A stretch of 64,000 nucleotides of DNA from Guillardia theta CCMP2712 (lineage: Eukaryota; Protista; Cryptophyta). Within the stretch, counting starts at the first letter, position 1. Each line of letters starts with the position of its first letter. The stretch covers positions 272,747 to 336,746 of the forward strand of contig NW_005434620.1 in assembly GCF_000315625.1 (NCBI RefSeq). Reading direction: 5' to 3'. The notes below the pieces were generated by a model. It did not search any database. It had not been told where the DNA came from and saw nothing but the letters and a program-made list of their open reading frames with translations. The translations under genes were made by a program, and so were the position numbers. Below are positions 1-12,510 of the stretch, piece by piece.

Positions 1-157
1 CCCCCCTTTGGGGGGGGGGGGGGGGGGAAAAGAAAATTTCCCCCCCCCTCTTTTGGGCCCCAAAAAACCCCCCCCCCCCCCCGGCTTTTTTAAAAAAGAA
101 ACCCTTCCCTCTTCTCCCCTCCCCCCCTCCCCCCCCCCCCCCCCCCCCCCCTCCCCC

Positions 158-192
<35 letters not shown>

Positions 193-200
193 CACCTTTT
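1..200. repeat. Poly-C/poly-G low-complexity tract (probably intronic or poor-quality sequence near a contig edge)
   Basis: Long homopolymer runs of C, G, A and T. It lies in the intron after the last visible exon of the PHD gene. Confidence 0.8.
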
Positions 201-270
201 CCCCTCCACCTCCCTCGCTTCCATTTAACTCATCTACATCCTTTTCATCTCCCCATTCCTCATTCTTCTC

Positions 271-2086
271 ACATGAAACGACGAGAAGCACGCGCCGTGC
301 TTGGAGGTCGCGATCTTAGATCGACATCTCTTTCTTGCCTTCTTCGACGTCGGGATATAATCGCACTGGCAGCTCGATCAGCAGAGGGCGAAGAAGCAGA
401 CGAAGGAGAACAGATGAGGAAAGGATGATGATATTGTAGTTGATGATGATGGTGGTGACGATGATGGTGACGATGATGATGGTGATGGTGATGATGATGA
501 TGATGAGGAGGAGGAGGAGGAGAAGAGACGAAAGCAAGGAGGAAGAAAGATGAGCACTGAATAGCATGCTCTAAGGGGCAGACCTGAACGCAGGCGCCTT
601 CCATGCTCTGACAGACCAGACATTTCATGTTGAAACGTGCGATAGGTACCTGGAGTAGACTCAGTGAAGGAAGGGAGGAGGAGAGGAGAGCAGATGAGAT
701 CAAAGGGTGAGACAAGACAGGGAGTGAGGACAGGAGCAAAACGGAAAAGACAACGATGAGAGCGCGGAGATAGAGCGAGAAGAAAGAGAATAGGAGAGGA
801 GGAGGAGGAGGAGGAGGAGGAGGAGGAGGAGGAGGAGGAGGAGGAGGAGGAGGAGGAGGAGGAGTGGTAGGAGGAGGGTTAAAAACCAAGGAGTAGGAGG
901 AGTGAAGCAGAACTTTCTCGTTACCTCCTGGAGGCCTGTGATCGGCTCTTGACGCACACAGTCACCTGCTGTCGTCTCGGGGACGAAATGCATGCAGGCA
1001 ACGTGAGCCCAGCGACCTGCTCGAGTTCAGTTGGAGGGAGGAGGGAGGAAAGGAGGAGGGAGGAGGGAGGAAAGGAGGAGGGAGGAGGGAGGGATTGTGG
1101 AAGAAGGAGGAGACAGGAGGAGGAAACGGTGGAGGAAAAGGGAGGAGCGTTCAGTGAGGAGGATAGGAGAGGAGGGTGGGAGTTCACACACCATCATCGG
1201 TGGGTTTCATCGGGCCATGTCGGACAGGGCAGAGGATGCAGCTGATGCCTTCAAGTCCTCGCTTACATGCCTGCATGCCCATGTCAAGAAGAGATGCTGG
1301 GAGCAGCAGGAGAGGAGGTGAGGGGATGGAGCGGGAGAAGAGAGGGGAAGGAGGGAGCGGGAAGGAGGGAGCGGGAGAAGAGAGGGAGGAATGGATAGTA
1401 GGAACACTGCGGAGCAGGGGAGAGCGAAGAGGAGGTGGGAGGATGAAGGAGCGAAGAACAAGATGAATGAAAGGAGTTGATAGAGAGGAGACAGAGGAGG
1501 AAGGAGTAATTGCCTCGCAGAACCAGTCGCCTTCAGGAAGCCCATCGACTAAATCCCCCCCATAGCAGCATTGATGCACACAAATCTTGCATCTGACAGA
1601 AAGTCTTCAGCTCCTCCTCTTGTTTCTCCTCTTGTTTCTCCTCGTCCTCTTCATCGTCATCGTCCTCACCACCACCACCACCAACAACAACCTCCTCCTC
1701 AGGTGCACATTCTCCTCCAGTAACCTCCTCCTCGTCTCTCACCCTTCACAGTAAACCATCTCGTTCCCATCCTCTGCCACGTCCTCCATGCAGATCTACA
1801 GCGAAAGTCAGCCAGCCACCGTCTGTCTCCCGATACACTTCCTCCAGTCCCTCCCTTCCATCCCTCGCTCCTTCCTTCACCTCCTCCACCTTCGTCCTCT
1901 CCTCACTTCCACCTTCCCATCCCCCCCCTGTTCTCCAAAAGTCTCCTCACCTCACAAAGCTCGTTCCCCTCCTCATCGAGAGATTGTTTGAGGATGAACT
2001 CGAAGTTGGGGGCAGCTGCATCAGCGTCACTGACGCGGAGGAGACGCTTGCTTGTTACCCCTCGCGCTCTCCTTCTCTTCCTCTGC
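271..2086 (-). CDS. PHD-zinc knuckle-PHD (PZP; BRPF/Jade/AF10-like) chromatin-reader protein; 3' end runs off the window, 5' exons may extend to ~3550
   Basis: Manual splicing gives ...EEGNELCE|ICMEDVAEDGNEMVYCEG|CKICVHQCCYGGDLVDGLPEGDWFCE|ACKRGLEGISCILCPVRHGPMKPTDDG|RWAHVACMHFVPE...EPITGLQE|VPIARFNMKCLVCQSMEGACVQ|CDY...ACFSSFH|. This is the PHD plus zf-HC5HC2H pattern. Confidence 0.9.
795..863 (+). repeat. (GAG)n microsatellite in intron
   Basis: More than 20 tandem GAG units inside a PHD-gene intron. Confidence 0.9.
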
Positions 2087-4170
2087 CTGCAAATCATTCT
2101 CCTCCTGAGCAGGAAGGAGGTAATCAGTAAAGACAGGCAAAGTAGTTTCAGCAGCTCACAATTTTCTGTAAGCCTGCTGCCTCCTCCTTTACATCCTCCT
2201 TTACACTCTCCTCCTCCTTCTCCTACATGGGCGGTATGTTATGAGAGACTTTTCAGCACAAGTTCTTGCCTTCTTCAAGTTCTTCAGTCTACAAACTTGA
2301 CAAAGATTTTGCTTGTCCAGCAGACTATGACTCGAGAATCGTCTTGCACAGACAGATCAATCCCACAGAGACGACAAGAGAAGAGATGAGAAGATGGGAG
2401 AGAAGACGAGAGAAGAGTCTCAGATTACACAGACAAGCTGAAGGAACAACAACAAAGCAAAGACTTCATCCTTGCAACCGTGTTGCTCTCGATTACCTGC
2501 ACATCGAGCATCTCGGCTGATCCCCACCCTGCGGAGCGTGTCCCTGCCGTTGAAGCAGTCACACCATCCCATCAGCTGCCTCACTGCTCACCACACTCTC
2601 AGTTCCTTGCTTGTCCTCAACGTATCTTCTCACGCTTCAGTGTCTGCCAGATCGGCTCGAAACCTCACAAGCACACCTGTGTCTCGCCAGCCGCATGGCA
2701 TCCCATAGCGAAGCTAGAACAAGGAGATCATGCAAACATCGCAGACTTCATCTTCATCACCAGCAACTTCAAACTCATCTTGCACGGTTCCTTCAACCTC
2801 TATCAAACAAACCTGCATTCAGACACTTCTCATAGTTACCTTGCGATCCTTCTTCCTTCTTCGACCTCCTCCTCCTCACCCTCCGCTTCTTCCCTTCGTC
2901 CTCCCCATAGCTCTGGTTGAGGATCCTTCCTTGGGATTTCAGTGTGATGTACAAGATCCGAGCTCACCAACCTCTCGAACACGTCATGAGATATTGACTC
3001 GCCATGTTTGACGATCTTGAGTGCAATCATCTTGGACTCTGCGACGCGCTGAGATCAGTGCCCTTCCTCCTCGCATTCACCTATCACCTTTATGACCTTT
3101 CTTCTTGTTTGACCCCTTCAGTCTTCCCTCCTCCTCGCTATCATGAGAGCGATCGTCCATTCCCACCTGCTCCTCCTCCTCGCCCCCATCATGTTCTTCT
3201 CCTACCTCAGGCTTCTTTTGCTTCTGGAATGTGTCATCGTTTGTGAGGTCTGTACTTGCGTCTCCGAAGCTCGTTCCCTCCTCCGATCCCATCGCACTAC
3301 CTGCAGGAGCATGCTTGAGCGAATCTCTCGGCACACATTTTCGTGCTTCCATTGTTCTACAATCCTTGCCTCTGATGTTCTTCGCTGCAATCTACACACT
3401 TCTCTTCTATCGCTCTCCATGGTCTCTTTCCCGCTTCGGAATGCATTGAGCTCACTATCTCTGTCCTTCTTTCCTCCTGTCATCCTCTGCTCCTCTGCTC
3501 CTCTCGTCCTCTCCTTCCCCCTCTTCCCTTCTGCCATGTCGACTCGCATCTTGGGATCCGTGAAGGTTCAGGGTAGTTGGGTAAAGTTTTTACTCGGGGC
3601 GGGCTTGCATGGTCTACCTCCACCACCACCCTGTGATACCACCCCGACGATTTGATATATCACGGGTACCCTATTGAGATCTACCGGTCATATTGATTTT
3701 CCTTAAATTTAACCCCCTTTTTCCCAGGACATTCTGCATCAATGGGTAGGTATTGAAATCAAGTACCCACCCCAATGTTTTTACTACCCCTGGTGATGGA
3801 CCACCCACCAGTCATGGGAGTTAGTGTTCGCGACTCCTCAGTGAAAAAATGCATTTCGGAGAGAAAGCGAGAGAAAATGAGAGCAGAGAATGGCATGGCA
3901 TGGCAGGGCAGGGCATGGCAGATGACAGAATATGAACTGAGAAGGCAAAGAGGATCAGAAAGTGGAATTTTCAGTGAAAGAATGAGAGAACTCAACGGGC
4001 GGGGAAAGAAAACAGTGGAACCAGGAAGAAGATAACCAACAAGGAATATGAAGTCCGGGAGGGGGGGTGATAGGAGAAAGTATCTGATATGGAGGATGAG
4101 AGACTAGATCGATGTGAAGTTGCTAGAAAATTGTGCTAGAGGGCGATAAGCCTGATATCAACATCGATAT

Positions 4171-6701
4171 ATGGAGCCGGAGGATTGGAGAGAGGCAGTA
4201 TTATCAAGAAGAACAGCGTTATATTTTAGTGCTAATGCTGGGAGCAGCCACGAACCGGAGACCATGGAGTCGATCTCTTCAGGCTTCAGCGATGCTGGAG
4301 GTACTTGATATTGAAGTCCTGAACCGCACAAACAAGTTGTTGACTTGACTTGAACAGATTCAGAGTCAAGAATCAAACAGGTTTCACCCGTTCTGATTGT
4401 CCTTGTAATGTTCTCATGTTGATCTTTTCACTACCAGTTGAAGCGCCTGCAAAGACGTTCGAACATGCTGGTGATTGCATTCCCTCCATCGCCAGGTGTC
4501 ACTTACTTGTATTGCCCCGTCTTTTCCAGAGCTCCGTACCTATCTCTACCATCGAAGACAACTTGTCAAGCATTGCATACACGGGATTAAACGACTACGC
4601 GTTCGTAGGTGAGACGGCAACACTAAGGGATTTTGTCTTTGGTGGCTTTGATCATTTCCCTTCAGAACGGTCGAATCCTTCAGCGGATCTGACACAAGAG
4701 GTTCTACCACAAGCTTGTTTCACCTCATTTCTGACAAGCTTCTTGCAGTTGTCTGCGATCGTTCGCTACGTGCGTTCTGGAGATGTCGCACCCGATGACT
4801 ATGTCAATCAAAACTCGTTCGAGAATCGTGGAGCTGAGGGGCAGGCAAGCATCCACCAATTAATCTTCTTGTGCGATCTAATCTATTCGTGCAGGTGCTG
4901 GATCAGCTCTTGAAGGAGGTGCGCGCGCTGAAGGAGAGAGACGTGTCTTCAGCTACCGTCCTGCGCATGGCGAAGCAGAATCTCGATGAGAAGAAGGAGA
5001 AGATCGCAGCGTTGCAGGAGAGGCTGCTGGAGGTCACGACAGCCCTGGAACAAGTAAAGGAAAAAGAGTACACGGGGGTGAAGGAGAGGGGGAATGCAAG
5101 GGAGCAAGTCTTGCCTGGCGAGCAAAAGGAGATGGCCATGGCGAGCAACGTGGGGCAAGAGAGCGAGATGAGCAAGCTGAAACATCAGGACGAGCTGGCT
5201 GAGCAAAGGAGGAAACACACAGAAGCGATCAACGCGATGAAGAAAGACTACGAGGAGAGGCTGCAGGCTGCTGATCGTTACGCCAAGGACGCTATCGACT
5301 CGCTGAATGCCGTCATCGCGATGAAGGATGAAGAGCTTCAGGGGATCAGAGGAGGAGACGATGAGGGTGAGCGCCTGAGACAGGAGTTGGCAGAGAAGGA
5401 AGAGGCGATCGTGAAGCTGCAAGAGATTGTCGCGTCCGAGATTGCTGAGCGAGAAGCAATGAACCAGGAGCTTGATTCTGCAAGGAAGCAGATCAAGGAC
5501 CTCCAAGTCCTGCTGAAACAGAAGAGCGATCAGATGGCTGAGCTCAACAAGAAGGAGGACCTCAGCAGGCAGGTCAAGGAGCAGAGTGGAGCGGTCGACA
5601 ATCTCTTGGTACAGCTGCAGAAGCAACAAGAAGTTATCGAGGAGATGAAGCAACAGCTGCAGGAGAGTGAGCAGCAGGCAGAAGAGCTGGCCCAGTGCAA
5701 GACTGTGATCGAGCAGCTCGAGAAGCACAAGAGCGAGGTCGATGGATTCCTGGACACTGTGGTGGAGGAGCGAAGGCACAGGGACATGGTGGTGGAGGAG
5801 CTGAAGAAGCTGAGGATCATGGTGCAGCAGAAGGACGCACTCATCGAAGAGCTGAACCTTCAGCTGCATAACAGCAGGACGGCTCAGGATGCGAGCGGAA
5901 CCACCTTGTTCAAGATGCAGCAGATGAGCCGCGATATCGACGACCTTCGCTATGCCGTGCAGGAGCGAGACTCGATGATCGCAGAGCTAAACGCCAGGAT
6001 GCAGATCACTGGAGGAGGCAGCCTGTCCAGGATCTCCAACATCTCCGAGAGGGAAGCCGTCCTGCTTGAGCAGACAGAGCAGCTGCGCAGGGTCTGCTCG
6101 CAGCAGGCGGACATGCAGCGGCAGCTCGAGCACCTCAAGAACTCGATGGTAGACCAGCAGAGCTACATCTCCCAGCAGTTCGACGAGCACAGGAAGTCTC
6201 GCTCGCTCGACATGCAGCTCTCCGCTCAGTCGCAGCAGCTGGCGGCGATCCAGCAGGGCCTGAACTCGCTGGGTCACGCGTCTAACGGGGGAGGAGGTGC
6301 CCACTTGGAGGAGCTCTCCAGACTCCAGCTTGGCAACCACGAAACCCCAGCTCAGCCTAGCAGCTCCAAGGACATGTTCAAGAACCACGGCTCTAGTGTA
6401 GAGGTCGATCGGATCTCTGGGGGAATCCTAACTGTCCCCAGCCCGTCGGAATACAGTCAGTCAATGGGTGTGCACGCGGCTGAGATGAAGGCACTGAAGG
6501 CAAGTACCCCCACTCCTGTGCTCTTCGTCTCTGACAGACCTCTTCTACTCCAGGCAAGCAAGGTCGCCAAGGCTGCTGCTGCCGCTGCGGCAGTCTCGAG
6601 GTAACGAAGGACTTCTGGAAACTCAAAAGTTTCTCATCCTCTTTTGCGACAGGAAACACGCGGGGAAAGTGAACCTGATCCCAACGGAGGTGACCATGTA
6701 A
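4171..6701 (+). CDS. Long coiled-coil protein of unknown function (start uncertain)
   Basis: Main exon ~4895-6499 is E/Q/K/L-rich heptad sequence. Short upstream exons splice in frame (...NQTVEAPAKTFEHA...GAEGQ|VLDQLLKE). The last exon RKHAGKVNLIPTEVTM* ends at TAA 6699-6701. Confidence 0.75.
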
Positions 6702-7376
6702 CGAGTCCTTGCGCCATCTCTGCCTGTATAAACTGGAGCTACGTCACTTACTTTCTACTAGTGAGCCTTTCTGTCGGGTGTCCGCCGGCTCGAACACGCC
6801 TTGGTTGTTTTATCATACCTCATTCACACTCAAAGTCAAGTTCAACGGTTCACAACTGAACCGTCGAATCATTATGAGTCCTCGAGCCTCAAACTTACTA
6901 TCAGCATCGGACGGGCCGGCCCGTGAGCGGCATCGGTCTATGCTCAGGTTGGGCAGTCTGACCGTGTAGGAGCAATGCACTGCCTGATCAAATGTCTTAA
7001 CTATTCTACAGCATGATAAGTTGAGGACAATACTGATTGTAATTCAAATGTAGATAACAAGGCAGTATTAGGAATGCTGAAGGCAAGATATATGGATTGT
7101 CAAGAAATTGAATATTCGAACAACAGAACGCGGAAAGACATATATATAATGCCTGACCTCTAGCAGCTACGGGACAACATGCAGTTGAGCGAGGTTGCAA
7201 CAAGGATCCGTGCTTGTGACTGTAAAATAGTAGGTCAGGGATGGCTGACGAGGCAAGAATGACTGGGTAAATTTTCGATTACGTCTGTTTGGACCAGCTG
7301 TGATGACACATCTGTAGCGGAACGACTCCAAATGCTGACGTATCAGGTCATGAAGCTGACTGAGCGGATCACGTAA

Positions 7377-8510
7377 CTAAGATGTGCTCATCTGGCGAAG
7401 AAGGCGAGACGATACTACTCGGCAGACCATGACGGAATCCCATGGTGACGGACTTGAAGCGTACCGCAGGATGGATGAGCCTGGCAACGAACTTCCGTTG
7501 CATGCGCACGAGAAAGTCTGGAGGACGTTCTCTGTGTGCAAGAGACATGAGCTTGCTGCTTTGTGGAACTCCATGCTGTTGATCCGCAGACGAATCCGGC
7601 GCCTCGAAGGAGACTGGGACAGAAGCGATTTTACCATCGATGATTGATCATCAATAGCACAATCGATGGAAATACTGTACATTTTCCCCTTATTCTTCTG
7701 GACTATCTCCTCTTGGTCGTTGTAATGAAATCGTAAAATCGAATCCTGCGCTCCCCGACTACCTCTGCTCTCGATCAAACATATCCTACACGCAGCACAA
7801 GTGTCTGTCCCCTGGCGGTAGAACGTAAACGCGCGAGGGTGGGCGTGACTGCTACAGCCAAACGTTCCTCAAAGTTGAGTCGATCGCTAAGCGCTGACTC
7901 GAAGAGAGGCGCCTCTTGATACTTCCGGGTTGGGAACTCCGGTACCTGCCCCTCTTGATTATTGGCCTGATCAGTTGTAGCAAGTGATTATAACCTACCA
8001 ACCTGTACGCGCGACACGATCTTCAGAGGCTTTGTCACGTTGATAGCGGTAGAGAAGAAGAAGATCTTGAGCTCAAGTACTTCGTCCTCGAGGGGAGGAG
8101 CGTCGGACGATAACCCACCCTCCCCTGCCCAAAGGATGTCCATTGCCCTCTCGGACGGAGCCGAGGTCTGCTGCTTCCGGTCGTAGAGCGACATGCTCAA
8201 GGCCGTGGCGAGGGGCGGGGTGTGTGCGTTAGGGGAGCGGCCCAATCGGATGCTTCTAGAACTGCCACAGCGAGAGGGCAAGGTCTGCTGGACAGAATGT
8301 AGTTGTGAATATCTACAACGTCTCGGGAGAGGTAAATGCAGGCATGTCTGCCGACACATGCTGCATGACGATGCTACGAGACTTGGTACTCGCTGGCAGA
8401 GGGATGCTGAACTGGTTCGAGTAGGAAAAGATAGCAGCCAAGCGGGAGGCTGCTTCTCCTGCGCGGCCAATACGTTGACTTGATTCAGCGTTATCTTGAC
8501 GAGTTTTTCC
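7377..8510 (-). CDS. Hypothetical gene or degraded gene fragment
   Basis: Segment LEDEVLELKIFFFSTAINVTKPLKIVSRVQ has host-like codon usage and ends at a GT donor (~8002). A clean full model could not be assembled. Confidence 0.3.
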
Positions 8511-8730
8511 TACATCACAATCTGAACATACAAGAACAGAACAGAGTCAACATTGGTTGCAGCAGCAGAAGAAAAATATGTACGATCGCGGCACTTTGCT
8601 CACTCATACAAGAATGATATATCGTTACTTTTCACCAAAGCTAAATGTTATGCTGAGCAAGAGGAACAGGTAAGATTGAAGAGATCAACTGAAGCTTCTT
8701 GCATGAAGAATCGTTATATATAATTTCTGA

Positions 8731-10587
8731 TCAGTCCATCGTATTGAAAACCATGCCCATGTCACTTTCCTTTTCACCTTCCATACTCTTCTTTAGTTCT
8801 TGGATATAAACTTTCTCGGAATCTTTTGCAGTCTTTCCTTCCCGATTCTCAAGTACAAAAAGGGCGGTTTCCATATTTTCAGCACCATCTCGATCCTGAC
8901 ACGTCTCCCTAACTTTCGAGAGTGCCATGTACAAGTGAAATACTCCAGCACTGGTGTTGGTGTGATAAGCTTGAATAATATTTGCCATCTCGTCTGCATC
9001 GCGTGCATTTGCTGCACCTGCAGCACGCGCACAGTGAGGAAATTGCCCCAACAGCCAGCGGTTGACAAGGCCTTCCTTTGTGAAACCTACGTATACACTT
9101 AATGGAGGTCTTTCCGGATCTGATTCCCTCCTCCTATGGTGGAGTAATGTAGCATTGGACATGACGAAAAGGTAAACCAATTCCTTATCTAAACCTTCGA
9201 CAGGTTGGTTCAGTCGATTCACCTTACTCATATCCAGTTTCTTAGAGAAAGTTTCAATGTATGTAGCAAGGGACATAATTCGTATTCCTTGCTGTGCGCT
9301 GTTGCCCGGTACTCTAATATCTCCGAATCTTCCTTTCTGAATCCATTCAGGGATTTTGTCAATGTCTGCTCCTACTTTGAGGTACCTCGATTTGTTGAGC
9401 TTCAGATGATGCCATACAGTTTTCACTATTCTGCGTGTACGGGAAGTTTTTATCTGAACACAAATATTCGGGAAAAAGTCTTCTGGTTTGTATTCCGCAT
9501 TGATACTGGGCCCACGTGTTCGCAAGATTTCATATGCTATCATACCTTTCAGCTCAATCCGCCTCGGTTTTGCATCAAGCGCTGATTTAGCTTTCTCCTC
9601 CCCTTGGCAAGGTTCGAACTCGATTTGATCAGCATAGAGATGAAATACGACAGCAATGTAGTCAGGCACCTTACTGTCTACCCAATGAATGCAGTGAGGA
9701 TTGCAGAACTTTGGCAGTTTTTCACTGAGCCGCCAATTCCAGGTATTGTTTCGCACCCTTCGCATTGTGACCATCGGATTTCCACGGCCCTTTTTGATAA
9801 CCCTTCGAATTCGTTTCCTCATAAAAGACAACAGATCTGTATCCAATGAGGAAAATAGACCCACCACTTTCTCCAAAATTTGCTTCAGGTCGTCATGGTA
9901 TTGTTGAGTCCTATACTGTTCGAGGACTTCATTGAATCTTGTATTCAACGACGGCAAGAGCATCTTTTTTTTTGTAATATTTTGCAGTTTTTTACGATCA
10001 TTTACATACCCGAGAATGCAGTCAAACACTTGCTTATGAATTGTTTTTTCGAAGCACTGAAACCAATCAGGACCACGATGTTCGATCAACCCATACATCG
10101 CCTTTCTATTTGTAAACGTTTCAAAGGTCGTTAAGTCTAATGAAATGTTTGTTGACTCGGAGGAAATGAAGGCGTGTCTTATCTTCTGAGAAAAACTGTC
10201 AACTATTTGAGCTCTGCAATGCTGTTTCTTTTCCTCGAGGCTCAGCTCTGTTGATGTAGTCACTTCTAGTTGAACGAGCAAGGCATTCATGCTCTCAGAT
10301 GAATGAGAATTAATGCTCACTGCTAGTCCATCAAGGATCTCCAACAACTCCTTCATCTTCTGCTGGGCTTCTGCCCAGAGTTCGATGGCGCGGTCAGACT
10401 CGCATTTTACCATAGCGCGCTGATCCCAGCTGATCACCTCTCTAAAAAGGCGATGTCCCAACTATTTGCAACAAGATTTGCTCATATTTGGATGTTAGCG
10501 TAATGGTGGTATAGGATTCAGTTGCTGCCTTCTTTTATTTACTATATCTACTTCTGAGGCGACTTTGTTTCTCGGTAATTCCTCCAT
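8731..10587 (-). CDS. Hypothetical protein with C-terminal GIY-YIG-like endonuclease domain
   Basis: 576-codon exon plus a short first exon MEELPRNKVASE (ATG 10587); the intron has a CTAAC branch point and TAG acceptor at 10462. C-terminus reads LVYLF...VYVGFTKEGLVNRW...H...LENRE...SEKVYIQEL...GMVFN. Confidence 0.7.
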
Positions 10588-10833
10588 GTTAAAACAATTT
10601 TTTAATATAACTCAACAAACATATGCCCCGCCCAGCAACTGGGTCGAGTTGGCTTTTACTCAAAGTTAAGTTAAAAAGCAGTACGAGGCTTTTTTTTTTC
10701 CGAGGCTAGTGCGTTGCCCGGGCCCCCGGCGGCCCGGGCAACGGTTTTGGCCTGATATGCGACCCTAATTTTCTCCAAATATTAGGGGTGGAATTAACAA
10801 GTTCGCAAGGATCCTATCGAGCTACCGCCAACC

Positions 10834-11800
10834 ATGGCAATTCAGAGGGCGGAAGGCTGGCTCCGTCGCACGATGCTGGCGACTCTCATGATGACGATGT
10901 GGAAATGCGATGGGTTCGTCATGCGGTCGCTTCCATTAGCAAGGACAGGGGCCAGAGGAGGTCAAGTTCCGACAGGAATCGACTCTGAGAGGAAAGGATA
11001 CACCCGTCAATGGAGCCCTTGCATGACCATGCAGGCTGAGAAGAGCAGGAGAGCTGCTCTGATTGAGATAGCCAAAGTCGCTTTGCTGGTTCCCAGCCTA
11101 GCACTTGCTGATGATGACGTGAAGAGGGGCAGTCAACGCGGAGTCTTCATCACAGAGCAGGATTTTCCGTACCTCAAAGGAAGGTACACGTTTCTTCCAT
11201 GCACTGCCTCACATGATAGCTGGCACTCATTGTTTTCATCTAGATACCCACCAAGGAGGCTTGACTTAGGAAGCGCTCCTCAACAGAGCAAGGACAAGCT
11301 TGTCTTCAACGCATTCGGTGAATGTGTCAATGTCAGTATCCTTAATGCCCTCTGGCCCTTTGCACTCTGATACCTGGCAGGACTCCTGCCAGTATGTTCC
11401 TATCAAGCAGAGGTACGACGGGTACAAGAAATACAAGGCTTCCATCAATCTGTGCTCTGATTTGCTGCGAACACTTCACGACACGTTGGGCAACCCCATG
11501 TCGGACGAGGACAAGAAGAAGTCCGAGAAGCTGCTGAGGCGAGCAGTCCTGTTCGCAGACGCCCTGCTCATCAGTGAGAACTACGGGACAAGCAACGAGG
11601 CGCTAGTGTCCAGATTCTACGTGAATGAGGCATACTACGCTTCGTTGCAGCTAGCTGAGGCTTCCAAGAAAGGAGACGCAGCGAGGTCTAAGGAGATGTG
11701 GGAGCTGTGGAGGGACAGCTGGAACTCTTATCTCATCATCATCAATCGTGCCATCGTCCCAAAAGTTGGAGAGAAGTTCGAACTGATCAAGGATATTTGA
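10834..11800 (+). CDS. Nucleus-encoded plastid protein, probably thylakoid lumen; unknown function
   Basis: Signal peptide ending CDG|F, a basic transit peptide, then twin-Arg SRRAALIEIAKVALLVPSLALA. Three exons join to ...FGECVN|DSCQYVPIKQRYDGYKKY... with a helical C-terminus. Confidence 0.75.
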
Positions 11801-11878
11801 TAATTGATTTCTTCAATTCTTCTGGTGTTTGTACAATCCCCTCCTTCATTTACAAGTTGTGCTTTCCAGCTTAGGACG

Positions 11879-12510
11879 CTAGTCATTCTCCCTCTGATGA
11901 AAGATTTTGTTAAAGACATCCAAGAGCAAGAAACACGGATGTAGACCTCCATTTGGTTGAGTTTGTTCTTCAGCGCAGCAATCATCGCGTTCGGAGACAC
12001 TTCACTCCTCTTCTCCGTCTTCGCACCTGATCTACCCAACAGGGCACCCTTTGCAACCCCCCCCTGCTGAACAAATTAGAACTGATGAGCCTTCAAACCA
12101 ATCCTGGAACTGCTCAAAAGTTACCTCATTCTTATTCTGTGAGTGATCCTGAGCTCGTTCCACGATGATTTTTCTTCCATGCAGCTCCTGTTCATGCTCG
12201 TCATCAATCTTCGTTCAACACCAGAGACTTGAGGTCACCTTGCCATTCATCCTTGCGATGGCCTTCTCAGCACCCTCGGCCGACTCAAATTCCAGGAAGC
12301 ATATGCCTCTGAGTGGGTTCAGAACAACTTTCTTTGATCAAATCCAACGCACCGCGGTTGCCCCCTCCTAGGCCCAGAGGTGAACCAGAGATAGTCACAT
12401 CGCTTCAGCTTCCCGAACTGCTGAAAGAGCTTCACAATCGCTCCTTCGTTGAGGCGAGGGTCCATGTTCCCCACATACACTCTGCACTCCGCGTTTCCGG
12501 GGCTTCTCAT
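11879..12510 (-). CDS. RBM18: Single-RRM RNA-binding protein 18 homolog
   Basis: RVYVGNMDPRLNEGAIVKLFQQFGKLKRCDYLWFTSGPRRGQPRG|ICFLEFESAEGAEKAIARMNGK, and C-terminal IAALKNKLNQME, typical of RBM18. Confidence 0.85.

Noticed and set aside
2460-3549. Possible extra PHD start (DEDEVCDVC) and further 5' exons of the PZP gene
   Set aside because: Could not be spliced into a stop-free model by eye; left unassigned.
8193-8483. Plus-strand ORF with SWIM-like CSCEYLQRLGRGKCRHV, plus CKRH at ~7540, suggesting a MULE transposase
   Set aside because: No continuous plus-strand frame, DDE motifs or TIRs. Codon usage at 8000-8200 favours the minus strand, so this is probably a chance motif.
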